Shown here one piece after another: positions 47,925 to 57,879 of a DNA stretch of 64,000 nucleotides. Numbering within the stretch: the stretch's first letter is position 1; every line of letters begins with the position of its first letter. The notes under the pieces were generated by a model. The model did no database searches, was not told the origin of the DNA, and was given only the letters and a program-made list of their open reading frames with translations. The DNA comes from Pseudovirgaria hyperparasitica. Its lineage: Eukaryota. A program made the translations under genes and the position numbers. The stretch lies in NCBI GenBank assembly GCA_010093815.1, contig ML996583.1; one strand, 5' to 3'.

Positions 47925-49517
47925 TCACATTCTTAGAAAGCACTGTTTGTCCAAAGCTAGTCCCGCCTCCTGGGGCCAATACAGCCTATCAATCTTGCCG
48001 TGTGCACCCCCAAAGATCAACTTGAAGCTATCTGCCTGAACATAGGTAGTGACCCGCCCTCGCTTCGCTTGCTCATTTCGATCCGCCATCCACAAGAATG
48101 TATCATGCTCATAGTGTGTTAACAGCCAAGCCTGACTCTCCAATCCTTGGAACAATACTTCCAACCCCCCAGCTTGCCGTTGTCGAACGACAATGACCCA
48201 ATCGTGCTCTTCATTGAGGTATGACCCGACATATACCTCCAGCGGCTTGGGCTTTGTATCTGGCGCTCTTACCTTCTCTAATTTACTCCTCGCTACGCGA
48301 ATACTCTCCGCATGGTTCTTTGCAGCCTCCTTTGCATAAGCGACAAAGTCTGTCGGCACCGGCGACTCAATCAGTGCCTCGATCAGTGCCATCGCAATCC
48401 AGCCCGACGCATCGCCTAGCCCTATGGAATTGGTACACACGACAACGCTAGCGTCCAACTCGGGTAGCAGTGCGAGAGAATTGCTATAGCCGGGTACACT
48501 GCCCGCATGGGCGATGAGGGGGCCGCACTGAACACCGGGAACGATTCTTGGCAGCGTTTTAACGTGGAAACCGTTACAGCCCATGCCGGCAATGGTACTA
48601 GGCAGAGCGGTGCGGTAGAAGCCGAAGGCGTAGGACTTTTCATTGACGGATCTGGAGACGAAGGCATGACCAGAGAGTTGCGCAGTGACTTCGCGGAGAA
48701 CGCTTGGGGACGAATTAGTTGCCTGTCCCTGCTCAGATCTGAGGGACCTGAGAAGGGCGATGGAATAGGTCAGGAGATCGTGTGGGCTGGAGTGAAGACC
48801 CATTGCAGGCGCCATGATTGTCCTTTCGCTGATGGGTGTTTGCGGAAGGGGATAAAGGTCGGCATTGTCGAGAGCGGCATATGGTCTGGCTAAATTATCT
48901 CCTGCAACATCGACAGGCTGAGCCGTCGTATGGCGGAGTCCCAAAGGCTCGATGATGCGTGTGGTTATGAATTGTCCATAAGTCATTCCAGTCAACTTTT
49001 CAATGACCTCTCCGACAATCGCATAGCCCCAGTTGCTGTAGCCCCAGCTTCCGCGAAATGAACCAGTGAGTTCTAGATTGCGGTATGCATCTAGTAACTT
49101 ATCTTTGGGCAACAGCAACTGTCCATCTGAGCCCAACCACCAGAGGTTTGATCTTGATAATCCACTTCGGTGACAAAGCAGGTCCTCGATTGTCACATTT
49201 TCGGTAACTATAGCGTCTTTGCTTCGGAAGTTAGGCAGGACGTCCTTGATGTGCGAATCCCATTTCACTTTGCCTTCAGCCACCAGTAGACCGATGGCAG
49301 ATGCAGTGAACGTTTTGGCGAGTGTTCCCAGGGCATAGATACCGTCTGAGTGGGTGGGTAACTGCTTTTCAATATCGAGAAAGCCGCTATTGAAAAGATA
49401 GATATTTTCTCCACGTAGGCTTATCCCCACAGAGACTCCAGGTGTACCGCAGATTTTACAAAGCTCTTTGATCTCAGACTCGAGGTCCCGAAATCGGTTG
49501 ACCAGACTCGAGCTCAT
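47925..49517 (-). CDS. Beta-lactamase/peptidase S12 fold protein with C-terminal DUF3471-like domain; SxxK serine replaced by Thr
   Basis: GTLAK (for SxxK), DLLCHRSGL, YSN, HAGS; likely start MSSSLVNRF at 49517; intronless. Confidence 0.88.
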   Translation of the reverse strand: MSSSLVNRFRDLESEIKELCKICGTPGVSVGISLRGENIYLFNSGFLDIEKQLPTHSDGIYALGTLAKTFTASAIGLLVAEGKVKWDSHIKDVLPNFRSKDAIVTENVTIEDLLCHRSGLSRSNLWWLGSDGQLLLPKDKLLDAYRNLELTGSFRGSWGYSNWGYAIVGEVIEKLTGMTYGQFITTRIIEPLGLRHTTAQPVDVAGDNLARPYAALDNADLYPLPQTPISERTIMAPAMGLHSSPHDLLTYSIALLRSLRSEQGQATNSSPSVLREVTAQLSGHAFVSRSVNEKSYAFGFYRTALPSTIAGMGCNGFHVKTLPRIVPGVQCGPLIAHAGSVPGYSNSLALLPELDASVVVCTNSIGLGDASGWIAMALIEALIESPVPTDFVAYAKEAAKNHAESIRVARSKLEKVRAPDTKPKPLEVYVGSYLNEEHDWVIVVRQRQAGGLEVLFQGLESQAWLLTHYEHDTFLWMADRNEQAKRGRVTTYVQADSFKLIFGGAHGKIDRLYWPQEAGLALDKQCFLRM

Positions 49518-49997
49518 GTCGATCAATTTCTGATCAGCACAACTCCTTTCAGGGCAGGATAGACTTGAAGACTTCAGAAGGGATCTTGTGATGAGATTTC
49601 TCAACCCACTGTGCGAAATTATTAAAAACGTGCATTTGTAATAAAATACATGCTCGTGGGGCATGCTGTCGCTAACGCCGATTCTCCTCTTGTTGATCGC
49701 AAGCTAGGCTTAAAATGACGCTGCATTACATCTGCGATGCACAGTAGAGTAAGGGATGCGGGGTATCTCTCCGCTGCAAGACAATGCAGACGTACGTGCC
49801 GATATGGTGCATACTGTACAGCTGTTGTAATTCCCAAGACCGGGATGGGAGTCCTGCATGAAAGAAACGACGTCGTGGTAAATAGAAACAGAGTGCATTG
49901 ATACGGGAGCAAGATTATGTCAGAATACGGTGAGAGGAGTTTTTTGACCGACAGCTCATTTGTTCGGCAGAGAAATCGACAAGGAGCAGATTACACG

Positions 49998-50818
49998 ATG
50001 TCGAATTCACAATATGAGAAGACCACAAAGAACGGTGTTGTACGCTATCGCGGACGAGGTAGGCTGTCAAGGGTCCTTCAGAAAGCTTCACTTACCCAGA
50101 TTACCCCCTAGGGAAATATGATTTTGAGACGGTTCATTCTATAATCGATGAAGCACCGATTCTTCATGTGTCTTTCACTCCACTCGACGACGACTTCCCA
50201 GCAATATTACCAATGTTTGGTTGTATGGGTCTCTTTCCATCTGATGACACCAATAGTGTAGGCAGGACCAGCTCGCTTTATCTCCATGGTTACGCAGCGA
50301 GCAGGATGTTTCGAACGTCTAGAGGGGAGGATGCAGGTCTGAAAATCACGGTTGCTGCCACTATACTGGATGGAATCGTTCTTGCATTAACGCCCAACCA
50401 CCATAGTGCAAACTACCGGTCAGCTGTGGTGTTTGGCCACGCATATCTAGTAACGGATGAGGCAGAACGGTGGTGGGCGATGAAGCATGTAACAAACAGT
50501 ATTGTGCCAGAGCGTTGGGAAAACACACGCATTCCGCCAACAGACGCCGAAGCGAAGGCGACGGGCATAATACGCGTCGAAATCGAGACTGGAAGTGCGA
50601 AGATTCGAACGGGAACCACGGGCGAAGATCGAAACGACTTGAAGGACGAGGGGCTCCGCAAAAGAGTTTGGGCAGGAGTGCTTCCGATGTGGACACGATA
50701 TGGGCAACCAACGCCAGCGCCGACGAATATGACGGACAAAACACCAGAGTACATCTCGCGCTTTGTTGATGATAGCAACAAGCAGCAAGAGGACTACGCA
50801 ATGAAGGTTGCGTTGTAA
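49998..50818 (+). CDS. Flavin-nucleotide-binding split-barrel protein (pyridoxamine 5'-phosphate oxidase-like / NimA-like)
   Basis: ATG 49998, intron 50059-50111; RGKYDFETVHSIID, LHVSF, LYLHG, DGIVLAL..HHSANYRSAVVFG, SAKIRTG, VWAGVLP. Confidence 0.88.
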
Positions 50819-51663
50819 TGGCATGGTCGGATGAAAAGACGGAATATATTAGCGATTGCTGAATTTTTAGATGGATGCCTAAGGCATCATAACCTATGGC
50901 ATCTTCAACTCGTCCTCCTTAGATGACATCAATAAACCCCCAATTCGGTGAATGCATCAGTGTGCTCGGCGAAATGACTTCTGCGTTAGAAATCACATCT
51001 ACAGCATTGTTCTAGAGCCTGTACTTCACAGGCTTGTCGGCTAATGGATCCGCCCATACTGAGAGTTCGATATCGAGGGCGGTCCATCGGAACGAACAAT
51101 CATGCAGTCTCTACCATCTTGACAGCTTGCTATACCTGGCGGACTGTGCAAAGACGCTCTCTCCACGGTGTCTCGAGCACTCTGAATGACCCATAGTCAC
51201 CTAGTCACCCATTGTCCGCCTCCCATGCCAGCTTTGAAAGTTGGTCCGGCATTAAAGTCGCGAGTTATAGTGACTTAATGATACTGGCCTGAATCATAAA
51301 ACTTACAAACCGGCTGGATATGAGGGCAAGTCTTCAGAGGTGGGAGTGCCCAGCTCAACGAACGCATCGGTTGTTGGCACAGTACATGAAGGCAATTCGC
51401 TCACCGTTCTACTCTTTTCGAGTTCTGCCTGCATGTCGGCCAATCGTGCAATTCATTGTACATCTTCAAAGCCTCGGCAGCGATGATATTACTGTACTAG
51501 TGTGTCTACAGAGCTACCCTCTCAAGAGGCCTTGATTCACTTGGTCTTGTAAACCGCAATATCGGCCATCTCCTACCAAGAACTGACGGCTGGCTGCAGC
51601 CACAGATCTTGCACACACTTGGATGGAAGCCTCATCCAAGGCTTCCTCAGCCAATATGCATAA

Positions 51664-53239
51664 TCAAACGGTTATCGATGTTGGAAGTTGCTGACCAATA
51701 AACCCAGCTTGGTCCCAAAAGCTAGCATGGACTTTACGGTCACCTTCCCAAGCCCAACGCGCGTGCTGGACAGCGAAGTTCTGCAAATTCAAGACGGTCA
51801 GCATACCTCTCGGACGAACTGAAGACAGGCTCGGTCTTACGTCGATGATCAAGACATCACCCGCTTGCCAACTGATATCGGATCCTAGCTTATGTTGCCA
51901 TTCATCCATCTTAGCCAGCCACTCAGCAGCGATAGGCTCGTCCTTTTCGATTCCAGCAAACTGTAACTTCGGATCAGCCAGCGGCCTCAGAGTTTTTTAA
52001 ACTGCTTACGTAGGGTGGTATGGCTGTGGCTTCTTCGCCGTCTTTGGTCTTGTACGTGTGAGGTGGCTCCCACGTGTTGTTAACCTTGGCGTTGGTGTAT
52101 CTGGTGGACATAGCCTAGAACGCAACAAGTTAAACAAGAGTCAGCCCAAGAGAGTAGGGCTAATGTACATTGAAGATAGTCGGAAGCTTGCTGGTCGGGT
52201 GGATTCGCGTTCCTAGCATCTGTCAGTAGCTTCTTCATGTGAGACTACATCGAGACTCACCAGGGACCCTATGCACAACATTCAAATCTCCATTCTCCTC
52301 CCATGTCCAGTCAAACCCTCTCCTCTGCCACTCTGGCAGACTGACATCCTTGGACGCCTCTTCGGACCAGCCTCCTCTCTTGGCCAGATCCAAAATGCGC
52401 TCCTCGACGTGTTTTTTCTTCCGCTCCTCGCTCCAGGTTGAGACATCCTCTCCATTAGATGGCCCGAACGCGTTTGCCTTGTATAGACCATTGCCTCCCA
52501 CGATTCCCCCAACCTGTGAAGCTGTGTGTGGGATATGATATACGAGACCTTTGGTGCCGCACTTCTCAACGAATTCTGGAGCGGACTTCTTGAGACGGTC
52601 ATAAAGTGCCACTGAAGAGGTAATGTTGGTCTCGCCACCCCTACCTGGCGGGATCTGGCAGAATAGGATCAAGTATCCAGGGTGCACTGGAGAGACGGCA
52701 TACTCATTATGCCAACCGATAAAGTGAGATGGGGGTCCCCTAGTGAGAAATGCATTCAGCTTACACGATCGATCAATCCTATACAACGACTACGGAGAGA
52801 TGGAAGATTCAATGGCAAACTTTGAGGTCCGGCGAAACGGAAGATCTACTCACTCATTCGTGGTCATGACGTTCTTCGCCAATGGTCTTCTCAGAACCTC
52901 CATTCCCACATGCACGTGAGGATACCATGCACCTTCGCCCTTCCCTGCAAGGGCAGACAGAAACTCCGAAAAGTCCTCAGGGTCCTTCAATGGCAAACCC
53001 TTGATGTTGATTGCACCGCCATTGGCGTCCAGTAGTTCTCGAATCTTGCTGTGGCCACTAGTATCGCTGGGCTGGGCAGCTAGCTGTGCAATTTCTTTGA
53101 GAATTTCGTCCTTAGTGGCTTGCTTCGAGGGTGCAATAACGAGAGGGAATTTGATCGAGGGCTGGTCCGGCGCGTCGATAATCTTCATATCATTCTGGTA
53201 GGGCTCTTCTCTGACAACCCAGAACTCTTCGACAGCCAT
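51664..53239 (-). CDS. Clavaminate-synthase-like / SyrP-type Fe(II)/2-oxoglutarate dioxygenase, multi-intron
   Basis: Exons join TTNE|GPPSHFIGWHNEY..LFCQIPPGRGGET..WQAGDVLIID|NFAVQHAR..RKVHAS; H-x-E...H triad. Confidence 0.88.
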
Positions 53240-55145
53240 TTTCGGGTGACTGACAATGATGTACAAATTTCTCGTTCTGTAGGAAAGCTATGGAGAAGGG
53301 AAGTTTCAAGATCTGGTGTCTTTTAGTATGATACTCCGATAGTGTGGGATCTGATCATGGGTGACCAAGCATTGTTCTGGTACGTTGATCATTGTATTAA
53401 ATTCACTGTAATGCGTGGATCTCTTTCACTAGTATCACTTGTCACACGAGGAGAAAACAGACTACCCCGCATCAAAGGTAGAGGGAAGCATTGACAGTGC
53501 ATGCATATGTAAGGTTGAGTAACCCAGCATATGCAATGTCGAGTGCGATGCACGGTAAGGTGCAAGGATGATTAGAGCATCCGGATGCATTGTCGAAACA
53601 CACTTCAACTACAGCATCCGTCGCCATAGAGCCTAACTGAAATCGTCTGATGCCCGCATGTCCAGTTATTCATGCACAGTAGCTTCTACTGCATACATGA
53701 TACACAAAGGACAGTGTTATCGTAACATCTGCAGTTTAAGCGGGAGGCATCTTTCGCGTAGACCGAAATCACATGAATACTGATGCTTCACGTTCATTCT
53801 ACCTGATCGTCTGGTCCAGTCCTCGCCGACGTCAAAGGAGCTTGCACACGCCTGGGAAGAGACAAGGACTGAAAGCTTAGGCAGATATATATTCATCGCG
53901 ACTAGTAATACAGAAAACACCACCTCTCTCCGAACCATCAAGAGTCGCGCCCAACGGCACGCCATCGTCGTCAATGTCATAATCATACGTCTCTGCTTCG
54001 CGCAATGACCAAGACATGTAGACAGCGTCATTACTATGCAGCAGTATTGTTGCCACATCATGTCACGCAACTGTGTGGGTCGTGTATTATGAAGGCGTCG
54101 ATAAGAGCGTAACCATAACAGCATCGTATAGTTGTACTAGCTAGGCTCAGAGACTATGGCTTGGCCAAGATATCATCCTGTCCATTATGGACAAGTGTCG
54201 CGAATGATCTCATTCGCTTTGCCAGGAAAGTTTGGAGAGGGTGCACCGTGGCGTGGTGCTCGATAACGTGCTTGTCGATCAGCCTTGAAGTGAGGTGTTA
54301 CAAAGAGTACACTTAAGTCATGGTGGAGTCACTCCCCGAGGTAATCGTTTCAGGGATCCTAGAGTCATGAATGGCGAGACGAAGAGCTACAAGTATGATG
54401 TTTTCGTGATTTTGGGCGAGTTAAACTGTAGTTCGTTCCCTTCAGAAGCATGACACAGAATATATACTAATGGTGAGTCAAAACGTATGATATAACTTAC
54501 ATCTAACATTCCATGAAAGACTGGTCTGGCCGTTATGCGACTCTATGAATGGTCCGCTCTTCGATGTGGGATGCTCATATATAATATCCTTCTCCGGGCA
54601 ATGTGATGTTCTAAATAACGACTCTGGCCCTACGTGCTATCAGCAGACAATATTTCTTCCATGTCCCAACATAAGAAACGGCATGCTATTTTTCGCAATA
54701 GAATTCGTAGATAGCCGTGCAGATAGATGGGTATTAGGAGTTCCTCTTCCTCCACGAAGAAAATCCGTCGATCTCCAAAGTAGGTCTGGAACGTTCAATC
54801 TAAGAACTTTTTATATGATATCTCATGTAGCGGGCAAAGTCTTGGGTGTCACTTTGCCACAACGAACAATCCACTAGGAGTCGCCTATCTGCATAAATTG
54901 ACACTTTGTACCATAGGTTTGATCTAAGGAGTATGTTCACTGCACTGGGAGATACCGATGACTCTCTGCCATCAAGCAGACTCCTCCCTCTGTCTAGAAG
55001 ATACAACGTTAGGAGATACTATGGTAAAAGTGTGCCTCATTGATGAAGTCACTCATTCATGATAATGTGCTACTATGCCTTGCTCGAGAGCGACTAAGAA
55101 ACGTAAATCCCAACTCAGTCCTCACTGGAGACACACAAATGGCAC

Positions 55146-55186
55146 ATTCTGAATTCTGAATTCTGAATTCTGAATTCTGAATTCTG
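55146..55186. repeat. (ATTCTGA)n heptamer microsatellite, ~6 copies
   Basis: Read directly from the sequence. Confidence 0.95.
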
Positions 55187-57879
55187 TATTATTCAGAGAA
55201 ACTTTCTGGAACAACATGAAACTCGTGCTGTAGACACACACGCGAAACAGCCACGAAATAAGGCCAAAGCCACAGCCAAATCTTAGTAGTCTTCTGCTCT
55301 TTAGAACGATATATAATCCCCCTGCGCTCACTCAATTGATGGAAGCTTTACTATTTGTCTACCCCTAGCACCACCCTCTGGGAATTTGTGGGGAATTAAA
55401 GCCGGGTCAAAGCACCTGATCGAGTAGACCAGGTACGTAGCAGTGGTACTCATACAGCGATGACTCTCCTTATCGGAAGCAGGGGAGACGACTGACGCGA
55501 CGAGCTAGCAGAAGCAGAAACAGAACGACCTACGAAAAAGGTCGGGACTGCCCAAGTAAGTAGAAGATAGCGACGGTAAACTGGCTGGGTTGGGGAAATG
55601 GGGCTGGGCGGCGTAACAAACGGATATCTCCTTTGCCAGCCGTACAGCCGAGCAGCTAGCTGTCAACCAGAGATCAGCGTATTGATATCATAGAAACCAG
55701 TAGAAGATATCAGACCAAAGACAAGGATCATCTATCTATCTAACGTGTGGGGTGTGTAGACACACCCCACGTCGGCTAGGACTTGTTGTATCAATACGAA
55801 AAGGTATCTAGATGAGACCCAAGGTCTGTCTCGCGGAATGAAATGGGAAAGTAATGAAAACCGGAATGGCGAACAAATCAATTTAGTTGGCGGCTCTGAG
55901 AATGTGCCAAGATGTAAGATTGTTTTGTCATGGGTTCCGCCCGAGTGGAAGGGCGATAATATCTCGTTCATCATGATGTCTAGTGTTGAGTCACTACTAC
56001 TGTCATCAGTATCCCCTGCGATAGAGAACCAGGGCCTGTGCCGTCTGATGATATTTATTACACTGTATATTACACCATTCTGGGGGGAGGGCAGTTATCA
56101 GGGCTTGGGTAAAGAATGATCTGTCAAAGTAGACAGGCGTCATTGAAGACGCTCATGTCACTCGCGGGATTTGAGAAACCGAGATCGTGATACATCTGTC
56201 CCTCCTCGTGCGATTGGATGCCCCTGTTGCCATGCGGCATAGATGTGATGTATCTTGTCACCCCACGGACAGGGGTACCGTGGGCGATCGACGCTGTCAG
56301 CCCTATGTATGATAGTGAGCACGTCGTCTCTTGGGACAACATCCCTGACTCAGCGTGTTAGCACCCGTTGGGGATCCTCGTGGAATCGTGCGGCGTAGCA
56401 ATGCGATCCAGTTAGTGCAGCAGGGGAACATCAGGGATCTTGCAGGGCGTCAATATGGACGAACTCCTTGCTCCTTGCCCCATGTGTGTTTCTAGCATAG
56501 TGAATCGCGTGCGACGCGCGTAAGATGTCGAAAGCGTTGTCATTTGAGAGTTGAATGCAAAGCTTCGGGATGCAAGCACGCAGACCAGGATGTAATGCAT
56601 AGACTTGTGGTCACTGGACCTACGAACGGCCTGTTGCCATTGAATATCGTTGCGGGAGCATATAACCGGCGGAAGCTGACCCTCGATGACTAGCTAGCAA
56701 GGAGGCGCATGCCGATTGATCGGTTGCCGTCATCTTTTGTTGGGCTGCAACAATTGTCAGAGAGTGCCGTCGTGATCAATAGTCACAATGTTTCAAGTAG
56801 ACGTACCAATGCAAGAGGGAATGAGCACCAAGACGTGGACGCCGACGAATTAGTCATTGGAGGCGTACTGGAGACCTTCGCGTTTGTATTGACCTGATGC
56901 GCCGCAGATACGCAAATCTCATCGTAGAGAATCCGTCCTAAGTCTATGTGGCACAGCGATGAGTAGTGATTGATGTGGGCCTGAGTCTCAGCAGATATGT
57001 GTATCGAAGTGGTGGGTCTAAACAGGGAAGATGCCCTGGAAGACATGAATTGATGCAACATTAGCCACTATCCACGAGCAGCCGAGGATCAGCAATCGGA
57101 CCCGGATGGTGGATCGAGGCCCGAGAGCTTGAGTCTAGATACTCAGCTGTGCCGAGTCTAGGGTAATTGTGCGGCTCGCGGCTGCCATGGTTGGCTTCTG
57201 AATGGCTCGGAGCTGCGACCGAGACGTGTAGGATCCAGCCACAAAAGACCGAAAGCGCAACCACCAATCAAGTAGCACCGTAGTGTAGTGATCTACAACG
57301 TTGACGGTTCGTCCAGTAAGGTATTGGTCAAGGAAGTCCTACGCTTACTACGAACGATCCGGAGTTAAGGGAATTCCGTTCGCCTCTTCCTACTCAACCC
57401 CTGATTTGTCGTCGTACGTCCTTGCTCGTCGTTGAGTTTAGGCTGCACGACCGAAAATGATAGACGGTAATGGAGAGCCGTGAGTAGAGGACATCGCCAA
57501 GTTGCCAAGCGTGACAGCAGTCTCTCTTATACATTCATATCTGTGTATATGTCCCCCTCCTCCAGGAACCTCTGTCGTACAATGCCGAAATGGTGTAGTT
57601 GCTACCATGACACGATGGGAATAAAAGGCCAAACTACCACCCAATATGCCAAATCCTCCCAAGCCCGGCGTGCAATACGCAATGCGGTAAATCAGTACTC
57701 AAAGATTGCAGCGCTATCCACCCAATGAACAACTAAAATGCTTGCAGCCACCTCATGCCGGGGTATAAAGAAATTCTGTAGAATGAGAAATCTTGCCACC
57801 AAAGCCTGATCTGAAGTAAAGTAATCGAATATGACAATGATACAAGTCGACAAGGTATGACCGAATCATAGCCATCGTC

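Larger units (their letters stand above)
25304..53594. promoter_or_regulatory. Dispersed putative cluster-regulator binding sites, consensus GACNNTGCA / TGCANNGTC
   Basis: Exact matches start at 25304, 25401, 34018, 40146, 40163, 41555, 41610, 49717, 49780, 53493, 53532 and 53586, all upstream of cluster genes. Confidence 0.6.

Noticed and set aside
55146..55186. GAA/TTC array as a heat-shock element
   Set aside because: Spacing (GAATTC, TTCnGAA) does not fit nGAAnnTTCn; simple microsatellite.
55747..55770. 11-bp inverted repeat GTGGGGTGTGT..ACACACCCCAC
   Set aside because: Isolated, low-complexity, with no TSD or associated element.
53717..57728. Scattered 60-135 aa ORFs in the gap right of the cluster
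   Set aside because: No domains or consistent exon chain seen; treated as intergenic, though a small spliced gene cannot be excluded.
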